Of a stretch of 62,546 nt of DNA, positions 38,756 through 49,123 are shown in pieces (the first letter of the stretch is position 1; every line of letters starts with the position of its first letter). A program made the translations under genes and the position numbers. The stretch spans positions 1 through 62,546 of IMG/VR virus record IMGVR_UViG_3300025013_000127; one strand, given 5' to 3'. Below the pieces are notes generated by a model. It ran no database searches and was not told the DNA's origin. It saw only the letters and a list, made by a program, of their open reading frames with translations. This stretch comes from a virus (taxonomy: Duplodnaviria > Caudoviricetes).

Positions 38756-40438
38756 ATGAGGGATGTTTTCGAGTATCTGGTTGATGGCACGTCCGGGTTG
38801 GCCCCGGGCGGCGTGGAGGGGACTTGCATTGTGGTCGGGGTCTGCTCGGTTGGGGAGGTCGGCAAGGGGTACCTGCTGGGCAAGTCCTCCAACCTGGAGG
38901 CGTTGCTCGGGGTTGGGCCGCTGGTGGACCGACTGCGCGACCTCTTTGCTACGGCTGGCCAGGGGCCGGTGGTGATTGCCGTGCCGGTCGAGGGGCTTGC
39001 CGGAGGGTACATTACGCCGGTGGAGCAGATCGGCGAAGGGCCGGCAGGGTCGGCAAGTGGTGTGGCGGGCGCGAATGCCACGGTCAAGGTGACGGTCGTG
39101 GCGTCCGGGGCCCCGGGCGTGGCGACGGCCAAGGTCTCCCTGGACGGCGGGGACACTTACGGGGCTACGGAGGCCGTGCCGGTGAGCGGGCAGATTGTCA
39201 TTGGAGCCACGGGGGCGATCTTATCATTAGCCGCTGGGGACCTTGTCGCTAATGATACCTACAGCTTTCTGGTACATGCGCCGATCGGGCCGATAGCAAA
39301 GATCGGGGTTGGGCCGGATGTGACTGCGGCCGGGACGGTGAAGGGGGCGGCTCAGGTTATCCTCCTTGTAACCGGGAGCGGCGGGCGCAATGTCGGGACG
39401 TACCAGCTGACCCTGGACGGAGGGGATTCTTGGGGACCCATTAGGACCATCCCGGTGGACGGGCTGATCAGCGTCGGGAGCACGGGAGTCGTTATCACGT
39501 TCCCGGTGGGCGAGGCGGTGGCGGGCAACAGTTACGCGTTTGACGTGATGGCGCCCGTCCCCTCGATATCGGCTGTCGTGGAGGCGCTGGAGACGCCGCT
39601 GTCGCTTTACGATATCGAGTTCGTTTATGTGGCTGGGCCTTCGGACAGCTCGGACTGGGCGGCGATGGGGGTGCAGGCGGATCTCCTTTGGAACCTGCAC
39701 CGGCCTACCTTCTTCCTGGCCGAAACCCGGCTCCCTTACGGTAATGAGACAATCGATGACTGGGTCGCCGTGCTGATGGCTGAGCGGCAGGGATTCGCGC
39801 ACCGGTTTGTCTCGGTCTGTTCGGCTTATGGGGAGATCTCTGAGTCGACCGGCCGCCGCTACACCCGCAATGCGGCGGGGCTTGCGGCGGGGCGCTTGAT
39901 GGCCATACCGGTGATGAGGGCACTGGGGCGGGTCCGGGACGGCAACATCGGCCAGCTATCGCTGCCGACGCTTTATACGGAGTCGCACCAGTCGGTGCTG
40001 GAGGGCGCCGGGTACCTGACTGCGCGGCATTATGCGGGGCTTTCGGGGATTTATTGGGGGGATGAGAAGACGATGGCGGACATCGTGTCCGATTACCAAT
40101 ACCTGACGGTGCTCCGGGTGGTGTTTAAGGCGGTCCGCAAGGCGCGCATCGCAGCGCTCAAGTCGATGTACGATGAGGCGGGGGATCTGGCGATGGGAAG
40201 CAATGCGGCGGGGCTGGCTTATCTGCAGGTCAACATCGAAAACGCGATCGACACCATGGTTTCGGCAGTGCCTAAGGAGTTGGCAGGTCGGCAGATAAGC
40301 ATTCCAGACGGTCAGGATATCGTCAACAACGGAGTGGCGGTGGAGATGATGCTGATCGGGATTCCGATCATTCGCACCATCAAGTTGTTCGCCAGCTACG
40401 TGTACGCCGGCGGCGCATTTGACCCACGCCTGAAATAA
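38756..40438 (+). CDS. Tail sheath protein (DUF2586-like)
   Basis: Precedes the tube gene; RVVFKAVRKAR; two LDGGD internal repeats. Confidence 0.85.
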   Translation: MRDVFEYLVDGTSGLAPGGVEGTCIVVGVCSVGEVGKGYLLGKSSNLEALLGVGPLVDRLRDLFATAGQGPVVIAVPVEGLAGGYITPVEQIGEGPAGSASGVAGANATVKVTVVASGAPGVATAKVSLDGGDTYGATEAVPVSGQIVIGATGAILSLAAGDLVANDTYSFLVHAPIGPIAKIGVGPDVTAAGTVKGAAQVILLVTGSGGRNVGTYQLTLDGGDSWGPIRTIPVDGLISVGSTGVVITFPVGEAVAGNSYAFDVMAPVPSISAVVEALETPLSLYDIEFVYVAGPSDSSDWAAMGVQADLLWNLHRPTFFLAETRLPYGNETIDDWVAVLMAERQGFAHRFVSVCSAYGEISESTGRRYTRNAAGLAAGRLMAIPVMRALGRVRDGNIGQLSLPTLYTESHQSVLEGAGYLTARHYAGLSGIYWGDEKTMADIVSDYQYLTVLRVVFKAVRKARIAALKSMYDEAGDLAMGSNAAGLAYLQVNIENAIDTMVSAVPKELAGRQISIPDGQDIVNNGVAVEMMLIGIPIIRTIKLFASYVYAGGAFDPRLK

Positions 40439-40470
40439 CCCTTAAATTTAGGTCACAGAAGGAGTTTGTC

Positions 40471-40917
40471 ATGATTAACGGGTCTCTGTATGACTGGGAA
40501 TCGGTGGAGATACTGCTGCCAAGCGGCATCGTGGTCGGTATCACCAACATCGATTACGAAGATGAGCGACAGATCGAAGAGCGTTACGGCAAGGGGAGCC
40601 AACCCCGCGGCTATGGCCGTAAGAACTATAAAGCCACCGCGAAAATAGAGGTGGACATTGACGCGGCCGAGTTGCTGGCGACCGCACTCGCGGCATCGGG
40701 CGGCGGCGGCATTTACGACAGCCTTCCGTTCCCGATTACCATCTGCTACGCGCCGCCGGGGCAACCCGTCATCACGGATGTGCTCCCTCTGTGTAAGATC
40801 GTCAAGGCAAGCACAGGCGCGAAGCAGGGTGACGATAACGTCGGGATCAGAAAATACGACCTCAAGGTTTTGGCTCCGATCGTCTGGGGAGCGATCCCGG
40901 CGCTGATTCCGAGATAA
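40471..40917 (+). CDS. Tail tube protein
   Basis: MING..YDW; YGKGSQPRGYGRKNY. Confidence 0.85.
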   Translation: MINGSLYDWESVEILLPSGIVVGITNIDYEDERQIEERYGKGSQPRGYGRKNYKATAKIEVDIDAAELLATALAASGGGGIYDSLPFPITICYAPPGQPVITDVLPLCKIVKASTGAKQGDDNVGIRKYDLKVLAPIVWGAIPALIPR

Positions 40918-41008
40918 TCACCCGCGGCGGCATCTTCCTTTTTATTTAATTATCGGCGGCGGCAAGAGCTTGCCCTCGCCTCACCACAGGGGTCAAAGGA
41001 GTTTTGAT

Positions 41009-41517
41009 ATGTCTGAAAAGTTGCCACAGTCCGTCATCGATGCGCAGACAGCACAGAAAACAGTCCTGGTGCTGACCGGAGACAACGAGGAGAAGTATTA
41101 CTTCCAGAAGCCGGGGTCGAAGGATATCGAGCGCTACATCGCCACGGCGACCAAGGGTAAGCCGGTCCAGGCGGTGCGCAACCTGGTTGTGGAGTTGGCG
41201 ATCCACCCGATAGGTGTTGAGCTGGCCAAGGAGTTCGTCGAGAATCCCGGCCGTATGGTGGCGCTCAATTCCGCGCTGCAGGCCTCGGTTGGCATGAATG
41301 AGGATTTCACCGCAAAAAAGTTGTAGAGCTTCGCGAGGAGCTGAGGGGTAACGGCCTCCGGCAGATGGCGATCCTGATCCGGCATTTCCTTAGGGTGGAG
41401 CCGGATCAGGATCTGGACGTCATGCTGGAGCAGTACGCGGAAGCGCTTTGGATTGAGGATCGTATAGCATCAGCCATGACGAATTCTATGGCCAAAGCAT
41501 TCAATGCCAACAAGTAA
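41009..41517 (+). CDS. Tail assembly chaperone (41009-41326) and its -1 frameshift extension to 41517
   Basis: Slippery A AAA AAG at 41314-41320, two codons before the TAG stop; the -1 frame is open for 65 codons up to the tape measure gene. Confidence 0.85.
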
Positions 41518-41538
41518 CGGCTATCGGGGAAGGTTGCA

Positions 41539-43656
41539 ATGGAATCGCTTTTCAAGCTGGGCATATTGATGCGGCTGTCCGATATGGTTTCCGGCCCGGC
41601 CACCAGAATTGGGAGCTCGCTCGCAGATCTGAGGACCAGGGCGGAGGCGATGGAGCCGATCTTCGAGAAATTCAAAAGTGTCGGCGTGCCCCTTGTTGCT
41701 GCCGGTGCGCTTATGCTCGGCGTGCTGACAGGAACGGTTATGGCTACCGCCGAAACACAGAAGGCTCTTGGCGAGTTGGCCTCGGTTGGCATAAGGGATA
41801 TGGCTGCGCTCGAGCGCGCCGGTACGGACTTCAGTAATCGCTGGTCCGGCACCACCAAGGCGCAATTCATCGCCGCGGCTTACGACATCAAGAGCGGGAT
41901 ATCTTCTCTTACCGATACCGGCGTGGCCGAGTTCACCAAGCTAGCGGCCTTGACCGGCAAGGCTACCAAGAGCACCACGGCGGAGATGACCAGTCTCTTC
42001 GCCACTGCCTACGGTATCTACAAAAGCCAGTACGATGGGCTTAGCGACATCCAGTTCGGGAATGTTTTTTCCGGCGGCATTGCCGCTTCGGTAAGGGCTT
42101 TCAAAACCACGGGCGGCGGCATGGCCCAGGCGATCTCCACCCTGGGCGCCACTGCCGCCACCGCCAAAGTGCCCATGCAGGAGCAGCTCGCCATAGTCGG
42201 GATGCTGCAGTCGACAATGGCCGGCGGTGAGGCGGGCACCAAATACAAGGCTTTCATGCAGGCGGCGGCCGGCGCCGGTCAAAATCTGAAGATTTCGCTG
42301 CTTGACACGAACAACCAGTTGCTGTCGATGCCGGAAATACTGACCAAATTGAGAGGCCGCTTCGGTGACACTCTTGACGCTGTGGAGAAAATGCAGATCC
42401 AGAAAGCTTTCGGCACTCAGGAGGCGGTCGCGGTCATCGACCTTTTGTACAACAAGGTTGGAGATCTGACCGGCAATATCAAGATTGTTTCGGATGCGAT
42501 GAGCCAGGGCACTATCTATACGGAGCAGATGGCCAATGCGATGAACCAGGACATCGGAGCAGGGATAGGGTTGCTGCGCCAGCGCATGCACAATCTGGCT
42601 GAGACACTCGGCAATCGACTGATCCCCATTCTGGCGCCGATGTTTGCTTTTGTGCTCAATATCGTGCTGGCTTTACAGCGGTTCGCCGAGAAGCACGATA
42701 CGTTGACCCGGGTGGTCATGGTGAGTTTGGCTGTCATCGCCGGGCTGGCATTCGCTCTGGGTGGAGTGGCGACGGTCATCGGTGTGATCGGTCTGGGCTA
42801 TCCCGCGGTGGTGACGGGCATCGGCCTGATCACCGGGGCTTTCAATATAGCCACAGCGGCCACATGGAGATTCACCGCGGCGCTGTTGACGAATCCTGTC
42901 ACAGGGATCGTGGTCGCGATTGTCGCCGCTGCCATGCTGGCCGGCAAGGCGTTTTTGTGGATGTACGGCAATGTCACCTGGTATAAGGCGGCGGTTGACG
43001 GGCTGCTTTACGGGTTGGGCTTTGGATTGGGCCGGATGGTCAAATGGCTGGGACAGATGGCGGGAGTGGTTGCCGCTCCTTTCCGGGCTGTATGGTCCAT
43101 TTTTTCCCAACTGATCGCGGCTCTTCCGCAGATTGAGGTGGCTGTTTCCACAGCCATGGTGGGCATGCTTAGCGCGTTTCCAACCATATTGAAGGGCATG
43201 TGGAACTCTGGCCGCTCGATAATCTCCACGCTGGTCTCCGGGATCAAGTCCAGGGCGTCCGGGCCGGTGGATGCCGTTAAGGAAATCTTTAGCAAGGTGC
43301 GCAACCTGCTTCCTTTTTCGGATGCCAAGGAGGGGCCGCTGTCTCAGTTGACGCTCTCCGGTTCGCGCATCATGTCCACCCTGGGGGAAGGCATCGCAGG
43401 CGGAGCCGCGGGGTTGCATAGGACTATGGCTGCGGCGCTGGCCGGGGCTGCACTGACTACCTCGATCGCCGTGGCGGCTCCTTCGGGGAGCGCTAAGGCT
43501 GCTCTTGGTGGCGCGGCAAGGGCGGAGAAGTCAGCGACCGTGCAGGGGAAATCTTTTGCTATCCACATCGAACGGCTGGAACTCCCGGGGGTGAGTAACG
43601 GGGCGGACTTCGTTAAGCAGTTGCAGGCTATGGTGGAGGCTTTTGATGCAGAATAA
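41539..43656 (+). CDS. Tape measure protein
   Basis: AAAYDIKSG, GGEAGT, FGTQEA; PFSDAKEGPLS. Confidence 0.92.
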   Translation: MESLFKLGILMRLSDMVSGPATRIGSSLADLRTRAEAMEPIFEKFKSVGVPLVAAGALMLGVLTGTVMATAETQKALGELASVGIRDMAALERAGTDFSNRWSGTTKAQFIAAAYDIKSGISSLTDTGVAEFTKLAALTGKATKSTTAEMTSLFATAYGIYKSQYDGLSDIQFGNVFSGGIAASVRAFKTTGGGMAQAISTLGATAATAKVPMQEQLAIVGMLQSTMAGGEAGTKYKAFMQAAAGAGQNLKISLLDTNNQLLSMPEILTKLRGRFGDTLDAVEKMQIQKAFGTQEAVAVIDLLYNKVGDLTGNIKIVSDAMSQGTIYTEQMANAMNQDIGAGIGLLRQRMHNLAETLGNRLIPILAPMFAFVLNIVLALQRFAEKHDTLTRVVMVSLAVIAGLAFALGGVATVIGVIGLGYPAVVTGIGLITGAFNIATAATWRFTAALLTNPVTGIVVAIVAAAMLAGKAFLWMYGNVTWYKAAVDGLLYGLGFGLGRMVKWLGQMAGVVAAPFRAVWSIFSQLIAALPQIEVAVSTAMVGMLSAFPTILKGMWNSGRSIISTLVSGIKSRASGPVDAVKEIFSKVRNLLPFSDAKEGPLSQLTLSGSRIMSTLGEGIAGGAAGLHRTMAAALAGAALTTSIAVAAPSGSAKAALGGAARAEKSATVQGKSFAIHIERLELPGVSNGADFVKQLQAMVEAFDAE

Positions 43657-44212
43657 CCTGCTTACTTGGGCGGATGGCGAGGTGAAGCTGGGGGGCGAGT
43701 TGCTCCCCGGTATATTCCTGGACCAGAGCGTCCGCGGTTCGGTGCGGTTCGACCAGTCGGAAAAAGATGCGCAATCGGGTAAGCACAAGGTGCCGCTGGG
43801 GTATCAGGATGCGGACATCTCGATTACGCTGGAGCTCGTTTGCGATGAGAGCGGCGACTGCTACAGCAAGCTGACCCAGATCAACAAGGTTTTCCGGGCG
43901 GACCAAAAAGCTAACCCTCAGGTTTATTCGGTGGGAAACCGGCACTGTCAAGCGCGGGGAATCCGCAATGTTGTTTTCTCAGGGCTGGATTCGTTCGAGT
44001 CTAGTGAGGAGGATGTGATAACGGCAATACTGTCGTTTGTCGAACATCTGCCGCCGGTGATCAGGCGGGAAAAACAGGTGACCGCCGCCAAGTCGGCGGC
44101 TGCCAAGGCGGGGACGGCGCCGGCTGTGAAGGCTACACCGGCGCCGGCGCCGGCGGTGGTTTCTGATCCGGACAGCCCTTTCATGGCTGGATTTCAGGCG
44201 GGCTCTCAGTAA
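43646..44212 (+). CDS. Tail tube initiator/baseplate protein
   Basis: Position after the tape measure gene. Confidence 0.6.
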   Translation: MQNNLLTWADGEVKLGGELLPGIFLDQSVRGSVRFDQSEKDAQSGKHKVPLGYQDADISITLELVCDESGDCYSKLTQINKVFRADQKANPQVYSVGNRHCQARGIRNVVFSGLDSFESSEEDVITAILSFVEHLPPVIRREKQVTAAKSAAAKAGTAPAVKATPAPAPAVVSDPDSPFMAGFQAGSQ

Positions 44213-45015
44213 TGGATATAAATGGAATTAACCTTGAAATTACGGTGGGCGACCTGGAGGTATATCGCGCGCCTCGCTGGTGGATCGAGTCACTGCGGCA
44301 CCATCCTCTAGGGCGGGCCGGAATCACGCTACCGGACCCGAAGGGGGAACTTTACCAGGCCGTCTCAGCGGGTAATGCTGTGTCGATTAGCGTCGGGTAC
44401 CGGGACCAGGCGCTGTCGACCTGGAGAGGCACGGTGACGGCCCGCTACCCCGGGGAGACTCCCGATCAGCTGGAGATCCGGGCGACAGATGCATCTTTGG
44501 CTCTGTCCCAGCTCGACAGGCGCGTCAAACAGGCATGGGAAAACGAGACTCCGGAGGCGCTGGTGACGTGGGCCATTGGGCAGTGCGGGCTCCCGGTCGG
44601 CCGGGTCGGCTCTACCGGGGTGGTGCTCCCCAGAGTGTCTGCTGCAACCATCCCAGTCTGGCAGCTTGTCCGGCAGGTCAGGCAGACCTGCCAGGACGGG
44701 TTTGGTATGGATATGAGCCGGTGGGCTCTCTGGCTGGGTGCTGCGGGGGTTAACTGGGGCGATTTCGACGAGCCGGGGGAGACGGTGACTATCGCCACGG
44801 GGGACAACCTGATCGACCATGAGCCGAACGACTGGAGGAGCGGCATGGGGCTCATCGAGACCTATCTGCTGGCGGGTCTGAGCCATTCCCGTTTGGTGCG
44901 TCTGCAGGATGATCTACGCGGCATCAATGCAGTACACCGGGCGCTGAGGGTGAGGCACGAAGGGACACCGGAGCGGGTGAGGAGTTATGTCTGGTATGGG
45001 GTGGAGCATGGCTGA
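44212..45015 (+). CDS. Baseplate hub protein
   Basis: ISVGY motif; position. Confidence 0.65.
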   Translation: MDINGINLEITVGDLEVYRAPRWWIESLRHHPLGRAGITLPDPKGELYQAVSAGNAVSISVGYRDQALSTWRGTVTARYPGETPDQLEIRATDASLALSQLDRRVKQAWENETPEALVTWAIGQCGLPVGRVGSTGVVLPRVSAATIPVWQLVRQVRQTCQDGFGMDMSRWALWLGAAGVNWGDFDEPGETVTIATGDNLIDHEPNDWRSGMGLIETYLLAGLSHSRLVRLQDDLRGINAVHRALRVRHEGTPERVRSYVWYGVEHG

Positions 45016-45577
45016 GGTGGACCTTAAAAAGCTGATGCAGCGGGTGGTGGAGTTGGTGATGCCGAACTTACGAGGCTATTACCGAGTGCCGCGCAAGGGC
45101 CGCGTGGTCAAAGCTTACGCCTCCGGAGGGGATTACTGGGCGGACGTGCAACCGCTGAGAAATGACGACAGCGATGACGACAAGGAGCCGGTGATTACCA
45201 GGATCGAGATACCTATCCTGTGGGGCGGGCCGGAGCGCGGCGTGGTCTGTCCGCCGACCGTCGGGACACTGTGCGACATCACCTACTACGATGGGGATCC
45301 GGACTATCCGCGGATCAGCAATTTTCGATGGGCCAAGAATAAGGCGCCGGCCTGCGCAATGGGGGCGTTTGTGATCCAGCAGAGTCCGGATGTCTATTTT
45401 TTGATTACGCCCGGTGGGAAGCTGGAGATCAAGGCCAATACCTCCGAAATGAATATGGTCCAGCTGGACATCATAGCAAACGTGAGTATCACCGGAAACC
45501 TTGATGTGACCGGCAATGTAACGGCCACCGGCACGATTATCGACGCCGCCGGTAACACGAACCATCACTCGCACTGA
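45008..45577 (+). CDS. Baseplate spike (gpV-like)
   Basis: OB-fold with P.VG; beta repeats; terminal HHSH. Confidence 0.85.
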   Translation: MAEVDLKKLMQRVVELVMPNLRGYYRVPRKGRVVKAYASGGDYWADVQPLRNDDSDDDKEPVITRIEIPILWGGPERGVVCPPTVGTLCDITYYDGDPDYPRISNFRWAKNKAPACAMGAFVIQQSPDVYFLITPGGKLEIKANTSEMNMVQLDIIANVSITGNLDVTGNVTATGTIIDAAGNTNHHSH

Positions 45578-45584
45578 GGCAATC

Positions 45585-46022
45585 ATGGATGATGTTTTTG
45601 GGCAGGATATAAAGCTGGGGGATGATGAGACGGCGCTGGTGGCTGCCAATGGCGAGTTGCTGTTGACTGTGGGGGCGGAGACTGGAACCCAGGATATCCG
45701 TTTGAGGCTTTTTACCCGTCTGCATGAGCTGTTCTACGACTTCGATTTCGGGGCCTTGGTGCATGATTGGATTAAGGAGGAGCAGACGATATCCAATTCC
45801 CATGGTTTCGAGGCGGAGGTGGAACAGCGCATCGAGGCGGACCCGCGGGTGGTTATCGGCACTGTCTCTTGTAAGGTTGTCGCCTGGGACAACGGGAAAC
45901 TCACCGCACAGGCGGCGTGGGAATTCATCGATGAGACGCACCCCTTTAACCTGATCATCGCGTTCAATAGCGCGAATAAGGAGCTGGTGATAAAAGATGT
46001 CAATCCAAGACCTGGTCTCTAA
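45585..46022 (+). CDS. Baseplate wedge (gpW/GP46-like)
   Basis: LF...DFG; DPRV. Confidence 0.75.
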   Translation: MDDVFGQDIKLGDDETALVAANGELLLTVGAETGTQDIRLRLFTRLHELFYDFDFGALVHDWIKEEQTISNSHGFEAEVEQRIEADPRVVIGTVSCKVVAWDNGKLTAQAAWEFIDETHPFNLIIAFNSANKELVIKDVNPRPGL

Positions 46023-47169
46023 GTCGCTCGATGCGATCCGCCAAGAGATGTTTGATAACCTGTCGGCAAAACAGGAGGAGTATGTTGCCGCCGGGTGGCT
46101 CCCTATCCGGCTGAACCTGAACAAGGGGGTGGTGCGCGGGCTGATCGAGCTCTGGTGCTGGGGCCTCTGGCAGTTGTACCAGTTTTTGGCGCTGATATTG
46201 AAACAAGCGACGCCGGCGGAGGCGACCGGGGCATGGCTGGATCTCTGGTGTCTTTCGGTCTCAGTGAGCCGCAAAATGGAATCTAAAGCCGCCGGGACTG
46301 TCTATTTTGTGCGTGAGGGGACGGTGGGCAACGTGCGCATTCCAGTGGGGCGCATCGTAAGGACACTGCCGGACGGTACCGGCACCGTTTACCGTTATAC
46401 GACCACTGAGGAGGTGATTCTCCTGGCGGGGACGTCGGAGATCGCTTGTCCTGTGGTCGCGGAGGAATATGGCAGCGCCAGCAACGCGACGGCTGGTCAG
46501 ATCTGCGAGATCGTCACGGTCATCCCCGGCATTGACGGGGTGGAAAATAGGGCCGGGTGGCTGTCATCGGAGGCGACGGATCGTGAGACCGATGAGCCGC
46601 TGCGCAGTCGGTATGTCCTGGCTTGGCAAGGGTTGAGCGGCTGCACCAAATACGCATACGAGTCGTGGGCTATGTCGGTGACCGGAGTGGTGTCGGTCAA
46701 GATCCTCGACCAGCACCCGCGGGGCCAGGGCACGGTGGACGTGGTGGTGGTAGGTGCTGCCGGTATCCCGACCCAGGCGCTGCTGACCGCGGTTGAGGGC
46801 AAGATCCTGGGGACCGGTGCCAATGATGACCTGGCGCCGCTTAATGATGACGTGGAGGTTAAGGCTCCGACTCCGGTTAATATCGCGATTGTGGCCGAGC
46901 TGGTCCTTTTGTATGGCGATCCGGAGACGCTTTTGGCTGAGGCGGAGAACGGCGTACGGGCTCTATTTAATACGTCATCGCTGTATAGCGTCGATCCGTT
47001 GGCTGTGGGGCATGATGGCACGCTGGATCGGATCAGGAAACCGATGATGCTACCAGGGGTCAAGAAGGTCAATATTGCCAGTCCGTTGGCCGATGTGCCG
47101 GTTGCTGCGGACGGCCTGGCTGTGCTGCAGAGCCTAACCCTGACCACATCGTGGGCCACCGAGGAGTAA
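45997..47169 (+). CDS. Baseplate J-like protein
   Basis: ATGAWLD; ETDEPLRSR; RGQGTVDV. Confidence 0.9.
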   Translation: MSIQDLVSKSLDAIRQEMFDNLSAKQEEYVAAGWLPIRLNLNKGVVRGLIELWCWGLWQLYQFLALILKQATPAEATGAWLDLWCLSVSVSRKMESKAAGTVYFVREGTVGNVRIPVGRIVRTLPDGTGTVYRYTTTEEVILLAGTSEIACPVVAEEYGSASNATAGQICEIVTVIPGIDGVENRAGWLSSEATDRETDEPLRSRYVLAWQGLSGCTKYAYESWAMSVTGVVSVKILDQHPRGQGTVDVVVVGAAGIPTQALLTAVEGKILGTGANDDLAPLNDDVEVKAPTPVNIAIVAELVLLYGDPETLLAEAENGVRALFNTSSLYSVDPLAVGHDGTLDRIRKPMMLPGVKKVNIASPLADVPVAADGLAVLQSLTLTTSWATEE

Positions 47170-47172
47170 GAG

Positions 47173-47745
47173 ATGAGCATTTTCACCGACTACTTCAGGG
47201 AGACTTTGCGCTTTCGGCCGGTCCTGGCCGGCGGCCCTCTGGCTATTTTGGCGTATGGCGCGGCGCTGTTGCTCGATGCGGTGCGGGAGGTGATGCTGGT
47301 CTTGCGGGACCAGTTCTTTGCTGAGCGCTGCGAGATCAATCGGCTTTCCAAATTTGCCAAAGCACGCGGCATTACCCGCCACCCGCTTGAGACCACGGAA
47401 GGGTTCCAATCGAGGGTACGGCTGGCGTATTTGTGGCACAAGCGAGGCGGCCGGCCGGAGGGGATGAGTCATATCCTTAACGACTATTTCGGGTTCGGCG
47501 GTGTGGTGGTCGAGAGCCTGAGGAGTGAGGACCCTACGCGGTGGGCCGAGTTCCGTGTCATGGTGCTTTCCCTGGGGACGGCGGAGAGTTTTGATGAAGA
47601 GGCAGTGCGATGGGTTATTAACGAGATCAAGCCGGCGCGGTCCAAGATCGGGGTGATCGCGCCCAATGGGGCGCCGAGGGTGTTCCGGGTCAATAGGGAG
47701 CGCGTGGGCGACAAGCTGCTTTACTGGCCGGTGCCTGTCGATTAG
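47173..47745 (+). CDS. Baseplate/tail protein I-like
   Basis: RWAEF; EIKPARS. Confidence 0.75.
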   Translation: MSIFTDYFRETLRFRPVLAGGPLAILAYGAALLLDAVREVMLVLRDQFFAERCEINRLSKFAKARGITRHPLETTEGFQSRVRLAYLWHKRGGRPEGMSHILNDYFGFGGVVVESLRSEDPTRWAEFRVMVLSLGTAESFDEEAVRWVINEIKPARSKIGVIAPNGAPRVFRVNRERVGDKLLYWPVPVD

Positions 47746-47813
47746 TAGCTGTTGGGGATGATAAGAAAGTCTGGAGACGGTTTGAGAGGGATTGACAGAT
47801 AAATATGGGAGGG

Positions 47814-48926
47814 ATGATGAAGACTGTATTTGATCCGGGTAACGTGGATTTGGGCATCGAAGGCACTCAAGTAACTGCGGATTTTATGAATGGTTTACAG
47901 AATCACCGCCACGACGGAGGTGATGAAGACGGCGGTTTCCCCAGTAACTATGCAGTGGACACTGGCATAGCTAACGCCTATGTCATCACTCTGGCCCCGG
48001 CGTTGACAGCACACGTTCCCGGCATGCCTATACTTTTCAAGGCTTCTGCCTCCAATACTGGTGCTTCCACTATAGAGATCGACGACCTGGCTGCGGTAGC
48101 TATTAAACAGCCCGATGGCGCTGCGCTTGCCAGCGCTCATATCTTGGCGGGGGCTATCTGTGAAATCGTCTATGACGGGGAGAGCTACCAGCTACTCACG
48201 GCGGCTTATAGGTCCACTGTTTATGCCGTGGACACGGGAATTGCTAATGCCCACGTCATCACTTTGCCGGCACCGTTCGCCGCTCATGTCGCCGGGTTGA
48301 AAATTTTGTTCAAGGCACTGTTTGCCAACACGGGACCCGCCACGCTGAACATCAACGGTTTGGGGGCTGTTGCTATCAAGCAGAATAACGGAAAGGTGCT
48401 CTGTGGCGGGCATATCGCGGCAGGGCAGATCTGCGAGATGGTCTACGATGGGGTCAATTACCAGTTCCAGAACCCCAACCTGGTATCACGGGGCTGCCTG
48501 GTGCACCATGTCGGCAATATGACCCTGCAACCCTACGCCTGGACCAAAGTGCAATTCCTGGATGCGAACAAGGCCTATGATACTGATGGCATCCATAGCG
48601 ATGCAAACAATACACGCCTTGTCGTGCCTGGGGGCATAACAAGGATACAGTTGATCGGCCAGTTTAGCTTTTCCATGACCGAGAACGAAACCTTCGCTGT
48701 CACCTTCCACAAGAATGGTTCGGCGGAGGCATATGCCGGGATGCCGATACAGTCGGGCGAACAGGAATCGTCCGGAATCATGGCCAAGTCGGTTAATGCT
48801 ACGTCGCCCGTGCTTGTTGTTGCGCCTGGGGATTACTTTGAAATGGTGATTGCACAGGGTTGTAACGCCGCGCACTCAACCACGGGCGATGTCAGGACTT
48901 GGGCCTGGATGAAGATTATTGATTAG
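47814..48926 (+). CDS. Tail fibre with two tandem ~90-aa domains
   Basis: YAVDTGIANA...NTG..T...YDG twice; C-terminal jelly-roll-like domain. Confidence 0.8.
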   Translation: MMKTVFDPGNVDLGIEGTQVTADFMNGLQNHRHDGGDEDGGFPSNYAVDTGIANAYVITLAPALTAHVPGMPILFKASASNTGASTIEIDDLAAVAIKQPDGAALASAHILAGAICEIVYDGESYQLLTAAYRSTVYAVDTGIANAHVITLPAPFAAHVAGLKILFKALFANTGPATLNINGLGAVAIKQNNGKVLCGGHIAAGQICEMVYDGVNYQFQNPNLVSRGCLVHHVGNMTLQPYAWTKVQFLDANKAYDTDGIHSDANNTRLVVPGGITRIQLIGQFSFSMTENETFAVTFHKNGSAEAYAGMPIQSGEQESSGIMAKSVNATSPVLVVAPGDYFEMVIAQGCNAAHSTTGDVRTWAWMKIID

Positions 48927-49010
48927 GTTGATAGCGAGCGCTGGTGGAATGCTGCTGTGAGATGCGGTGATTGAACGGCTGGATGGCGGATTAACTGATG
49001 GACAAAAGTG

Positions 49011-49044
49011 TTGAGCCATGGCATATGATCTTGCCATGGCTCAA
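49011..49044. repeat. Perfect 13-bp inverted repeat near the prophage right end
   Basis: TTGAGCCATGGCA-tatgatct-TGCCATGGCTCAA. Confidence 0.85.
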
Positions 49045-49082
49045 ACTATTTTTGACGTGCTCAATAGAATGGGCGCGGGGTA

Positions 49083-49123
49083 TTATCACGCTTTTGGGCG
49101 GCTGGTTATCGCACCGCGCTTGT
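49083..49123 (-). repeat. Right terminal inverted repeat of the prophage
   Basis: Reverse complement reads ACAAGCGCGGTGCGATAAC...TGATAA. Confidence 0.8.

Larger units (their letters stand above)
8566..49123 (+). mobile_element. Mu-like transposable prophage with contractile tail, 40,558 bp
   Basis: Gene order repressor/ner/DDE transposase/AAA ATPase/lysis/head/tail. Imperfect terminal inverted repeats flanked by a GTG direct repeat. Confidence 0.92.

Noticed and set aside
11874-47186. Long antisense ORFs over phage genes (e.g. 25577-27055, 32841-33860)
   Set aside because: These are shadow frames expected in high-GC coding DNA, with no motifs or RBS.
8555-49017. TGAGCC at 8555 and 49012 as a 6-bp prophage TSD
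   Set aside because: Joining there puts the downstream sequence out of frame, there are no inverted ends, and the right copy is part of the 13-bp palindrome.
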